Below are positions 50,315-62,900 of a DNA stretch of 64,000 nt, one piece after another. Source of the stretch: Haliotis rufescens. Lineage: Eukaryota. The notes under the pieces were generated by a model. It did not search any database. It saw only the letters and a program-made list of their open reading frames with translations, and had not been told where the DNA came from. The stretch is taken from the NCBI RefSeq assembly GCF_023055435.1, contig NW_025964001.1, positions 45,756,001 to 45,820,000 on the forward strand, in the 5' to 3' direction. Both the position numbers and the translations under genes were made by a program. Numbering within the stretch: the stretch's first letter is position 1; every line of letters begins with the position of its first letter.

Positions 50315-50910
50315 GTGCTTGATGTTTTGTGTTTCACAGAAACACACATCAATGATTACAGTGAAAGAGACCTGCCAGGATATCAACCATATCCAGGAGT
50401 CACAACACATGGTATTGCTGTGTATGTTTCAACAAGTTTCACTCCAGGGTGCTGTTTGTCGTCTCCCCATCGCCGTTATAGGCAGAATCAATCTGAAGAA
50501 AGGAAGACTCCCTTGAAGACTAAGGATCATAAGACATATCACCATGCATGTACTCATTCCAGACGGATCAAAGCAGGCTGTATCAATCCTGGACTAAAAC
50601 TAGTCACTGAAAGCATCACGAATGACCCATGTCAGGATCTCTCCAAGCAGCCTGAATGTGAACATGTCCTAGTTACTGGGGATTTCAACTGTGATCTGAG
50701 GGAAAAGCTGAAACTTTAAGATTTCATTAATGTGCGGAAAATGAGTCAACTCATTCACTCTCCAACTCACTGTCTTGGAGCTACACTGGACTTGTTGTTT
50801 ACTGATCATGCCAGTGCTGTGACACTCCAGCCTACTACTCAGATCATCAGATGATTGGTGCTGTACTTCTCAGTACACCTCATGGTGACCCCTGCTCTCA
50901 TAATCTCTAA
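50315..50910 (+). pseudogene. Decayed apurinic/EEP-family endonuclease domain (Helentron C-terminal EN-like)
   Basis: LDVLCFTETH, HGIAVYV, VLVTGDFNCDL, QLIHSPTHCLGATLDLLFT, PAYYSDHQMIGAVL, followed shortly by a stop and no RT downstream. Confidence 0.8.
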
Positions 50911-51710
50911 GTAAAGTAAGAACTCCCTTACTTCTCTGATTATTGTTTAAGTAATAACATAAACTCATAACAAATACGGTTACATATTCTATCATAAACT
51001 GGAGATGGCAAAACAACACCAGTAATAACTTTTTTAGTGCTGCAATTACGCCATTTACAAAAAGGTCCAGTGAACATACTTCACATGAGCTAATGCATTG
51101 CACACAACCGGACATATTGTCGGGGGATATGAGTATTTCATGCTTGTTTTGAATGATTTACCAAACTGACTGACTATCTTAAATAGTACTGTGTTCAGAA
51201 CTGTCAAACTTAACATACGTATTTCGTTTCTCATTCAACGTTAAGCCGTTTGATATAAACCCCACACTTGTTGAAATGTGTCTTGTCCATATATATTATA
51301 TTTTAGAAGACATTTTTGGCACAGTTCTGAATTGCACCCGAAGTTTAAAGGTGCCCTTCACAACGAATACTCTTATGGATAAGTGTTACTGTCTGCTGCC
51401 ATCTTAAAGATATTCCGGTGTACTTGTGTTTTCCCATAGAGAATTTCACTCTGTACAGGAAGAAAGCAGTGGCCTCTATGTGTTGTTACTTCTGTGAAAG
51501 GGCTTACTATACCTAACACCAATGTCCATCGTAATCGTCCTCGAGGGCACGTCTCCAATGTCTCCTTATAGCTTAATAATTCTTTTTCTGTCTTACATGT
51601 ACAGGCGAACAAGTGTAAATTACTGTGAAGTGGTAGTCTATGGTGAACAACATCCCAAAGTGGGTAAATCTCGCAATATGAACCAGTCCCTCAAGTTTCA
51701 GGTTTTTCAC

Positions 51711-52237
51711 CTATTCCCGAGGCAAGATAGTTAACTGACCACCCTTGCCGAACTATGCTGGAATTCCTTGGCTTGATCGGAGCGCCACAAGTGGCTATTA
51801 CGAGTTATGTCCCCTTTATGCCTCTCCTATTGACCATTCAGATTCCACGCCTCGTATCACTTGCAATTGCTTCAAAGAAAATGGCGCCGCTCAGTCAAGA
51901 CGATCTAATCGATAATCAAGATCTATATTGTGATAAAAGGGATCTTACATCACGAAGTGCATTAAAATAATATGAGCAAATTGATTAAAAACATGAAAAG
52001 ATTCGGAAAATATCTGTTGACACCGAGTTGGCTGTGCACGTGCTTTGCAAATCCTGCAATCGACCGAAATCTACATGACAGTTTACGAACCGGATTTCGA
52101 TTTCGTTGCGCGATTTTGATTGGACTATGCATAGACTCGTTAGTCCAGCCAAATTGTAACTCCATAATACCAGCCTAGTTCGGCAAGGGTTGAAACTGGA
52201 CTTTTATAGTCAGTCAACTCCCTTGCCTCGGAAGATG
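51711..52237. mobile_element. MITE with long imperfect TIRs and about 9-bp TSD (Mutator-like)
   Basis: TTCCCGAGGCAAGATAGTTAACTGAC..ACCCTTGCCGAACTATGCTGG vs CCAGCCTAGTTCGGCAAGGGT..GTCAGTCAACTCCCTTGCCTCGGAA; flanks GTTTTTCAC / TTTTTTCAC. Confidence 0.65.
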
Positions 52238-52494
52238 TTTTTTCACATGTACATGCTACGATCAAGCTACACACGTGCATTGGAAGTAGACCATAGAGGC
52301 CCTCTATAAAGCTGGACACATGATCGCATGTACTCGTTCAGTTTGCATGCTACCCTGGATATCTTCGCATCAAATCTGCCCAGACACAGGAAAACATCTC
52401 GATACTCATCATCTAGACACTGTAAGGAGGTGTTGGATGTCTCACAGAGGAAATGCCTCCAACTTCCTTTCTACTTATCCGTTGCAAGGATAAA

Positions 52495-54112
52495 GACACA
52501 TTGTGTCATTCTACCCATAGGTGCCAGAGCTCTGAGTCATTGTGTCATTCTACCCATACGGTGCTAGGGTTCTGAGACATTGTGTCATTAACACTGAGAC
52601 ATTGTGTCATTCTACACATACGTTGCTAGGGTTCTGAGACATTGTGTCATTCACACTGAGACATTGTGTCATTCTACACATACGGTGCTAGGGTTCTGAG
52701 ACATTGTGTCATTCACACTGAGACATTGTGTCATTCACATTGAGACATTGTGTCATTCTACACATACGTTGCTAGGGTTCTGAGACATTGTGTCATTAAC
52801 ACTGAGACATTGTGTCATTCTACACATACGTTGCTAGGGTTCTGAAACATTGTGTCATTCACACTGAGACATTGTGTCATTCTACACATACGGTGCTAGG
52901 GTTCTGAGACATTGTGTCATTCACACTGAGACATTGTGTCATTCTACACATACGGTGCTAGGGTTCTGAGACATTGTGTCATTCACACTGAGACATTGTG
53001 TCATTCTACACATACGGTGCTAGGGTTCTGATACATTGTGTCATTAACACTGAGACATTGTGTCATTCTACACATACGGTGCTAGGGTTCTGATACATTG
53101 TGTCATTAACACTGAGACATTGTGTCATTCTACACATACGGTGCTAGGGTTCTGAGACATTGTGTCATTCACACTGAGACATTGTGTCATTCTACACATA
53201 CGTTGCTAGGGTTCTGAGACATTGTGTCATTCACACTGAGACATTGTGTCATTCTACACATACGGTGCTAGGGTTCTGAGACATTGTGTCATTCACACTG
53301 AGACATTGTGTCATCCTACACATACGGTGCTAGGGTTCTGAGACATTGTGTCATTCACACTGAGACATTGTGTCATTATACCCATACGTTGCTAGGGTTC
53401 TGAGATATTGTGTCATTCACACTGAGACATTGTGTCATTCTACACATACGTTGCTAGGGTTCTGAGACATTGTGTCATTCACACTGAGACATTGTGTCAT
53501 TCTACACATACGTTGCTAGGGTTCTGAGACATTGTGTCATTCACACTGAGACATTGTGTCATCCTACACATACGGTGCTAGGGTTCTGAGACATTGTGTC
53601 ATTCACACTGAGACATTGTGTCATTATACCCATACGTTGCTAGGGTTCTGAGATATTGTGTCATTCACACTGAGACATTGTGTCATTCTACACATACGTT
53701 GCTAGGGTTCTGAGACATTGTGTCATTCACATTGAGACATTGTGTCATTCTACACATACGTTGCTAGGGTTCTGAGACATTGTGTCATTCACACTGAGAC
53801 ATTGTGTCATTCTACACATACGGTGCTAGGGCTCTGAGACATTGTGTCATTCACACTGTGACATTGTGTCATTCTACACATACGGTGCTAGGGCTCTGAG
53901 ACATTGTGTCATTCACACTGAGACATTGTGTCATCCTACACATACGGTGCTAGGGCTCTGAGACATTGTGTCAGTCACACTGAGACATTGTGTCATTCTA
54001 CTCATACGGTGTTAGGGACTGGAGACATTGTGGCATTCTACCCGTATAGTGCTAGGGCACAAAGACATTGTGGCATTCTACCCGTACAGTGCTATGGCAC
54101 CATGACATTGTG
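52495..54112. repeat. 62-bp minisatellite (40-bp plus 22-bp subunits sharing GAGACATTGTGTCATTC)
   Basis: Direct tandem repeats, period 62. Confidence 0.95.
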
Positions 54113-54329
54113 GGACAGACGGGCCTAAGATAAAATCAATGTTTGTATAGCTTTCGGAATTACGGGAATTAGACAGTGAATTCATTCTACGTCTTTAGAA
54201 ACACGAGATTGCTTTTTATCGATTTTGTTTGTTTGTGAACTAAAAACTATTGATCTGTCCAAGCCTGAGAGGTGTTTGCGTCCAAGGTCTACCTTTCATT
54301 GGTCATGATCACAGCACCTGTGTGATGTT

Positions 54330-54662
54330 GGAGACCCGATCCATGGTGTCAGTGACTGTGTTGTGTCGGAGACCCGATCCATGGTGTCAGTGACTGTGTT
54401 GTGTCGGAGACCCAGTCCACTGTGTCAGTGACTATGTTGTGTCGGAGACCCGATCCATGGTGTCAGTGACTGTGTTGTGTCGGAGACCCGGTCCACGGTG
54501 TCAGTGACTGTGTAGTGTCGGAGACCAAGTCAGTGGTGTTAGTGACTGTGAAGTGTCGGAGACCCGGTCAGTGGTGTCAGTGACTGTGAAGTGTAAGAGA
54601 CCCAGTCCATGGTGTCAGTGACTGTGTTGTGTCAGAGACCCAGTCCATGGTGTCAGTGACTG
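54330..54662. repeat. 38-bp minisatellite (GGAGACCCGATCCATGGTGTCAGTGACTGTGTTGTGTC)n
   Basis: About 9 tandem copies. Confidence 0.9.
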
Positions 54663-57600
54663 TGTGGCCTGTGTGGTGTGGATGACGGTGTGGCCTGTGT
54701 GGTGTGGGTGACGGTGTGGCCTGTGTGGTGTGGGTGACGGTGTGGCCTGTGTGGTGTGGGTGACGGTGTGGCCTGTGTGGTGTGGGTGACGGTGTGGCCT
54801 GTGTGGTGTGGGTGACGGGGTGGCCTGTGTGGTGTGGGTGACGGTGTGGCCTGTGTGGTGTGGGTGACGGTGTGGCCTGTGTGTTGTGGGTGATGGTGTG
54901 GCCTGTGTGGTGTCAGTGACTGTGTGGCCTGTGTGGTGTGGCCTCTGTGGTGTAAGTGATGGTGTGCCCTGTGTGGTGTTGCTGACGGTGTGGCTTATGT
55001 GGTGTGGGTGACGGTGTGGCCTGTATGGTGTCAGTGATGGTGTGGCCTGTGTGGTGTGGGTGACGATGTGGCCTGTGTGGTGTGGGTGACGATGTGGCCT
55101 GTGCGGTGTGGGTGACGGTGTGGCTTATGTGGTGTGGGTGACGGTGTGGCTTATGTGGTGTGGGTGACGGTGTGGCCTGTGTGGTGTGGGTGACGGTGTG
55201 GCCTGTGTGCTGTCAGTGACGGTGTGGCCTGTGTGGTGTGGGTGACGGTGTGGCCTGTGTAGTGTAAGTGATGGTGCTTGTGTGGTGTGTGTGACGGTGT
55301 GGCCTGTGTGGTGTCAGTGATGGTGTTGCCTGTGTGGTGTCAGTGACGGTGTGGCCTATGTGGTGTCAGTGATGGTGTGGCCTGTGTGGTGTCAGTGATG
55401 GTGTTGCCTGTGTGGTGTGGGTGACGGGGTGGCCTGTGTGGTGTGGGTGACGATGTGGCCTGTGTGGTGTGGGTGACGGTGTGGCCTGTGTGGTGTTGGT
55501 GACGGTGTGGCCTGTGTGGTGTGGGTGACGGTGTGGCCTGTGTGGTGTTGGTGACGGTGGGGCCTGTGTAGTGTGGGTGACAATGTGGCCTGTGTGGTGG
55601 CGGTGACGGTGTGGCCTGTGTGGTGTGGGTGACGGGGTGGCCTGTGTGCTTTCAGTGATGGTGTGGCCTGTGTGGTGTGGGTGACGGTGTGGCCTGTGTG
55701 GTGTGGGTGCCGATGTGGCCTGTGTGGTGTCAGTGACGGTGTGGCCTGTGTGGTGTTGGTGACTGTGTGGCCTGTGTGGTGTGGGTGACGGTGTGGCCTG
55801 TGTGGTGTGGGTGACGGTGTGGCCTGTGTGGTGTGGGTGACGGTGTGGCCTGTGTGGTGTGGGTGACGGTGTGGCCTGTGTGCTGTCAGTGATGGTGTGG
55901 CCTGTGTGGTGTGGGTGATGGTGTGGCCTGTGTGGTGGCAGTGACGGTGTGGCCTGTGTGGTGTGGCCTGTTTGTCGTCAGTGACTGTGTGGCCTGTGTG
56001 GTGTCAGTGATGGTGTGGCCTGTGTGGTGTAGTTGAAGGTGTGGCTTGTGTGGTGTCGGTGACGGTGTGGCCTGTGTGGTGTCAGTGACGGTGTGGACTG
56101 TGTGGTGTGGGTGACGGTGTGGCCTGTGTAGTGTAAGTGATGGTGTGGCCTGTGTGGTGTGGGTGACGCTGTGGCCTGTGTGGTGCGGGTGACGGTGTGG
56201 CCTGTGTGGTGTGGGTGACGCTGTGGACTGTGTGGTGTGGGTGACGGTGTGGCCTGTGTGGTGTGGGTGACGGTGTGGCCTGTGTGGTGTGGGGGGCGGT
56301 GTGGCCTGTGTGGTGTGGGTGACGGTGTGGCCTGTGTGGTGTGGGTGACGGTGTGGCCTGTGTGGTGTGGGTGACGGTGTGGCCTGTGTGGTGTGGGTGA
56401 CGGGGTGGCCTGTGTCCTTTCAGTGATGGTGTGGCCTGTGTGGTGCGGGTGATGGTGTGGCCTGTGTGGTGGCAGTGACGGTGTGGCCTGTGTGGTGTGG
56501 CCTCTGTGGCGTCAGTGACTGTGTGGCCTGTGTGGTGTGGCCTGTTTGTCGTCAGTGACTGTGTGGCCTGTGTGGTGTCAGTGATGGTGTGGCCTGTGTG
56601 GTGTAGGTGAAGGTGTGGCTTGTGTGGTGTCGGTGACGGTGTGGCCTGTGTGGTGTCAGTGACGGTGTGGACTGTGTGGTGTGGGTGACGGTGTGGCCTG
56701 TGTAGTGTAAGTGATGGTGTGGCCTGTGTGGTGTGGGTGACGCTGTGGCCCGTGTGGTGCGGGTGACGGTGTGGCCTGTGTGGTGTGGGTGACGCTGTGG
56801 ACTGTGTGGTGTGGGTGACGGTGTGGCCTGTGTAGTGTAAGTGATGGTGTGGCCTGTGTGGTGTGGGTGACGGTGTGGCCTGTGTGGTGTGGGTGACGGT
56901 GTGGCCTGTGTGGTGCGGGTGACGGTGTGGCCTGTGTGGTGTGGGTGACGGTGTGGCCTGTGTGGTGTGGGTGACGGTGTGGCCTGTGTGGTGCGGGTGA
57001 CGGTGTGGCCTGTGTGGTGCGGGTGACGGTGTGGCCTGTGTGGTGTGGGTGACGGTGTGGCCTGTGTGGTGTGGGTGACGGTGTGGCCTGTGTGGTGCGG
57101 GTGACGGTGTGGCCTGTGTGGTGTGGGTGACGGTGTGGCCTGTGGTGTGGGTGACGGTGTGGCCTGTGTGGTGTGGGTGATGCTGTGGCCTGTGTGGTGT
57201 GGGTGACGGTGTGGCCTGTGTGGTTTTTGTGACGGTGTGGCCTGTGTGCTGTCAGTGATGGTGTGGCCTGTGTGGTGTCAGTGATGGTGTGGCCTGTGTG
57301 GTGTCAATGACGGTGTGGCTTATGTGGTGTGGGTGACGGTGTGGCCTGTGTGCTGTCAGTGATGGTGTGGCCTGTGTGGTGTGGGTGACGGTGTGGCCTG
57401 TGTGGTGTCAGTGATGGTGTGGCCTGTGGGGTGTCAGTGACGGTGTGGCTTATGTGCTGTTGGTGACGGTGTGGCCTGTGTGGTGTCAGTGATGGTGTGG
57501 CCTGTGTGGTGTTGGTGACGGTGTGGCTTATGTGGTGTCAGTGACGGTGTGGCCTGTGTGGTGTCAGTGATGGTGTCGCCTGTGTGGTGTTGGTGACGGT

Positions 57601-57683
57601 TTGGCTTATGTGGTGTGGGTGACGGTGTGGCCTGTGTGGTGTCAGTGATGGTGTGGCCTGTGTGGTGTGGGTGACGGTGTGGC
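54662..57683. repeat. 26-bp GT-rich minisatellite (GTGTGGCCTGTGTGGTGTGGGTGACG)n
   Basis: Direct tandem repeats. Confidence 0.95.
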
Positions 57684-58359
57684 AATCGAATGTACGGGTA
57701 GCAGTTTATCCCCCAAAGTTTCAGAAGCCGATTTTGTTTTTTAAATTCTAGTAATTGAGAATTCTTCCAAATGACTTTACAGAATAAGAAAAATTTCTTG
57801 ATACTGTTTTATTAATTCCTAATGTCAATAGATAATTTTTCTTGGAAGATTTAAACCAATGTACCCGGGTCACCCTGGTTAATTTTAAACGAAAACAAAA
57901 ATAACCAGCATTACGACCACCCTCATAATCCCAACATGTGCGCGTTAAGCCGTTGTACCAAGGTGCAGAGTGTTAATAGCAGGTGTGTACCCTTCCCCTT
58001 TCCCTTCTTCCCCTAGGAAAGTATGTGAGTCTCCACTCTGGGCGGATTGGTCTCAAGGTAACGTTCTGTTCCGCTGCTCGGCCGACACCATCGGACGACA
58101 GGCTTTTTCCTTCGATGACGTCACATGGGTTGTTGTAATTATTATGGGGTCACGGTTACAAACAGTGTTTGTTTGTTGTAGGATTACCTGGGACGTGGGG
58201 TGCACCTGGTGACTGGTTCACGCATAGGACTATTCAGGCAGTGCATAGCACGGGATTAGAATGGACATGTCGACTGTGGTTAAATGAAGAAATGAGACGT
58301 GTGACGAGGAACACAATCTACATTTAAATAATGGGAATGTTCCCGTTTCAGGTAGTGAA

Positions 58360-58440
58360 GTGGTGGTGGTGGTGGTGGCGGTGAGAGAGGGGGGGGGGGG
58401 GGGGTGGGGGGGGTGGGGGGGGGGGGGGGGGGGTGGGGGT
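58360..58440. repeat. (GGT)n plus poly-G tract
   Basis: About 50 nt of nearly pure G at 58388-58439. Confidence 0.9.
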
Positions 58441-59024
58441 GTACTATTTCAGTACAGCTATTTCACGGCCCAGACAAACCAATGGATGGTAGCATGGGCA
58501 TAAATCCGGTGACAAAGATGATTTCACAACCAGATGACATTTGAGTCCCTCCACCCTCATGGTCTTCAAGAGAGGTGGCCATGCCGTCACACCAAGATAT
58601 GTACATCGCGATGTCAACATTCTGCTAGTTTCCAATAAAACGACACACTACACGATAAATACAAAAAATATATAATTAAAATGGCGCACAAATAAATGAT
58701 TACTGGGAATTGTACGTATTTGTTTGTGATGTTTTATCAATACCAAACTATTATGTCTGTATTTATATACGAAGAAAGATATATAGCGTACCAGGTTATT
58801 TAGGTCCGAGCAGCAACGTTACATAGACCCTTCTTGTCCAAGTGAAACCGCCTGTATATATCCCAGAGGTGTTCGTGTCCACCATATGCTATATATTCCA
58901 TTAGCTCTACGAATATAGCATTAGTGGAAGTGCGTATCTTTCAGTCCTATTTCCGGATATAACCAAATTTAAATGTACCATACTCCCGGGAAAAACTTAA
59001 AAGACACACGGAAGTGATACTGAG

Positions 59025-59925
59025 CAGATGGACACTGCCTAACAACAGATTGACACTGCGTAACAACAGATTGACACTGCCTAACAACAGATTGACACTG
59101 CCTAACAACAGATTGACACTGCCTAACAACAGATTGACACTGCGTAACAACAGATTGACACTGCCTAACAACAGATTAACACTGCCTAACAACAGATTGA
59201 CACTGCCTAACAACAGATTGACACTGCCTAACAACAGATTGACCTTGCCAATAACAGATTGACACTGCGTAACAACAGATTGACACTGCCTAACAACAGA
59301 TTGACACTGCGTAACAACAGATTGACACTGCCTAACAACAGATTGACACTGCCTAACAACAGATTGACACTGCCTAACAACAGATTGACACTGCCTAACA
59401 ACAGATTGACATAGCCTAACAACAGATTGACATTGCCTAACAACAGATTGACACTGCCTAACAACAGATTGACATTGCCTAACAACAGATTGACATTGCC
59501 TAACAACAGATTGACACTGCCTAACAACAGATTAACACTGCCTAACAACAGATTGACACTGCCTAACAACAGATTGACATTGCCTAACAACAGATTGACA
59601 CTGCCTAACAACAGATTGACACTGCCTAACAACAGATTGACACTGCCTAACAACAGATTGACATTGCCTAACAACAGATTGACACTGCCTAACAACAGAT
59701 TGACATTGCCTAACAACAGATTGACACTGCCTAACAACAGATTGACATAGCCTAACAACAGATTGACATTGCCTAACAACAGATTGACACTGCCTAACAA
59801 CAGATTGACACTGCCTAACAACAGATTGACATTGCCTAACAACAGATTGACACTGCCTAACAACAGATTGACACTGCCTAACAACAGATTGACATAGCCT
59901 AACAACAGATTGACATTGCCTAACA
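59025..59925. repeat. 21-bp minisatellite (GATTGACACTGCCTAACAACA)n
   Basis: Direct tandem repeats. Confidence 0.95.
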
Positions 59926-59987
59926 TGAGCTTAATTATTCTCAGAAAGCCAGTCGTCGAGAATGTGTAGCTGTCTAGTTAGCTTTCA

Positions 59988-62900
59988 ATAGTTATCTGAT
60001 GTCGTTGATGAAACTGTTTTATCGGGTAGTTATCTGATATCATCGATGTAGTTATCTGATATCGTCGATGAAACTGTTGTATCTGATAGTTATCTGATAT
60101 CATCGATGAGACTGTCGTATCTGGTAGTTATCTAATGTCATGGATGAAACTGTCTTATCTGGTAGTTACCTGATGTCATCGATGAAACTGTCTATCTGGT
60201 AGTTATCTGATATCGTTGATGAAACTGTCTTACCATGTAATTATCTGATGTCATCGATGAAACTGTTTTATCGGGTAGTTATCTGATATCATCGATGTAG
60301 TTATCTGATATCGTCGATGAAACTGTCTTATCTGGTAGTTATCTGATGTCATAGATGAAACTCGTATCTGGCAGTTATATGATGTGATTGATGAAACTGT
60401 CTATCTGGTAGTTATCTGATGTGATTGATGTAACTGTCGTATCTGGTAGTTATCTGATGTCATAGATGAAACTGTCGTATCTGGTAGTTATCTGATGTCG
60501 TAGATGAAACTGTTATATTTGGTAGTTATCTGATGTGATTGATCAAACTGTTGTATCTGGTAGTTATCTGATGTGATTGATCAAACTGTTGTATCTGGTA
60601 GTTATCTGATGTCGTAGATGAAACTGTCGTATCTGGTAGTTATCTGATGTTGTCTATGAAACTGTCTTATCTGGTAGTTATCTGATGTCGTAGATGAAAC
60701 TGTCGTATCTGGTAGTTATCTGATGTGATTGATGAAACTGTCCATCTGGTAGTTATCTGATGTGATGGATGAAACTGTCGTATCTGGTAGTTATCTGATG
60801 TGTTTGATGAAACTGTCTTACCTGGTAGTTATCTGATGTGAATGATGAGACTGTCTATCTGGTAGTTATCTGATGTCGTCGATGAAACTCTTGTATCTGG
60901 TAGTCACCTGATTTCATCGATGAAACTGTCGTATCTGGTAGTATATCTGATGTTGTCGATGAAACTGTTGTATCTGGTAGTTATCTGATGTCGTCGATGA
61001 AACTGTTTTATCTGGTAGTTATCTGATGTGATTGATGTAACTGTCGTATCTGGTAGTTATCTGATGTGATTGATGAAACTGTCTATCTGGTAGTTGTCTG
61101 ATGTGTTATCTGATGTCGTAGATGAAACTGTCTATCTGGTAGTTATCTGATGTGTTTGATGAAACTGCCTATCTGGTAGTTATCTGATGTGAATGATGAG
61201 ACTGTCTATCTGGTAGTTATCTGATGTCGTCGATAAAAAAGTGTTGTATCTGGTAGTTATCTGATGTGATTGATGAAACTGCCTATCTGGTAGTTATCTG
61301 ATGTGTTATCTGATGTCGTAGATGAAACTGTCGTATCTGGTAGTTATCTGATGTCGTAGATGAAACTGTCGTATCTGGTAGTTATCCGATGTGATGGATG
61401 AAACTGTCGTATCTGGTAGTTATCTGATGTGTTTGATGAAACTGTCTTACCTGATAGTTATCTGAAGTGATTGATGAAACTGTCTATCTGGTAGTTATCT
61501 GATGTCGTCGATGAAACTGTTTTATCTGGTAGTTATCTGATGTCGTAGATGAAACTGTCGTATCTGGTAGTTATCTGATGTGATTGATGAAACTGTCTAT
61601 CTGGTAGTTATCTGATGTGTTATCTGATGTCGTAGATGAAACTGTCGTATCTGGTAGTTATCCGATGTGATTGATGAAACTCTCTATCTGGTAGTTATCT
61701 AATGTGATTGATGAAACTGTCTATCTGGTAGTTATCTGATGTCGTCGATGAAATTGTTTTATCTGGTAGTTATCTGATGTCGTAGATGAAACTGTCGTTT
61801 CTGGTAGTTGTCTGATGTGATTGATGAAACTGTCTATCTGGTAGTTATCTGATGTGTTATCTGATGTCGTAGATGAAACTGTCGTATCTGGTAGCTATCT
61901 GATGTGATTGATGAAACTGTCTATCTGGTAGTTATCTGATGTGATTGATAAAACTGTCGTATCTGGTAGTTATCTAATGTCGTAGATGAAACTGTTTTAT
62001 CTGGTAGTTATCTGATGTTGTAGATAAAAAAGTGTCGTATCTGGTAGTTATCTGATGTTATTGATGAAACTGTCTATCTGGTAGTTATCTGATGTGTTAT
62101 CTGATGTCGTAGATGAAACTGTCGTATCTGGTAGTTATCTGATGTGATTGATGAAACTGTCTTACCTGGTAGTTATCTGATGTGATGGATGAAACTGTCG
62201 TATCTGGTAGTTATCTGATGTGTTTGATGAAACTGTCGTATCTGGTAGTTATCTGATGTGTTTGATGAAACTGTCTTACCTGGTAGTTATCTGATGTGTT
62301 TGATGAAACTGTCGTATCTGGTAGTTATCTGATGTGATTGATGAAACTGTCTATCTGGTAGTTATCTGATGTGAATGATGAGACTGTCTATCTGGTAGTT
62401 ATCTGATGTCGTCGATGAACTGTTTTATCTGGTAGTTATATGATGTCGTAGATGAAACTGTCGTATCTGGTAGTTATCTGATGTGTTTGATGAAACTGTC
62501 GTATCTGGTAGTTATCTGATGTGTTATCTGATGTCGTAGATGAAACTGTCGTATCTGGTAGTTATCTGATGTGATGGATGAAACTGTCGTATCTGGTAGT
62601 TATCTGATGTGTTTGATGAAACTGTCTTACCTGGTAGTTATCTGATGTGAATGATGAGACTGTCTATCTGGTAGTTATCTGATGTCGTCGATGAAACTCT
62701 TGTATCTGGTAGTCACCTGATTTCATCGATGAAACTGTCGTATCTGGTAGTATATCTGATGTTGTCGATGAAACTGTTGTATCTGGTAGTTATCTGATGT
62801 CGTCGATGAAACTGTTTTATCTGGTAGTTATCTGATGTGATTGATGTAACTGTCGTATCTGGTAGTTATCTGATGTGATTGATGAAACTGTCTATCTGGT

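Larger units (their letters stand above)
43787..51147 (+). mobile_element. Helentron/HINE (DINE-1/pearl-like) element containing a satellite array and an endonuclease remnant
   Basis: 5' TTATTATCCCCCT subTIR, inverted copy AGGGGGATA at 43812, (CCGT)4 microsatellite, about 170-bp internal repeats; 3' subTIR GGGGGATA at 51122 plus short hairpin GAGTAT-TTC-ATGCTT then GTTTT. Confidence 0.7.

Noticed and set aside
58947-59926. Leucine-rich-looking ORFs (LLGSVNL)n / (LPNNRLT)n
   Set aside because: 21-bp minisatellite open on both strands; superficial LRR resemblance only
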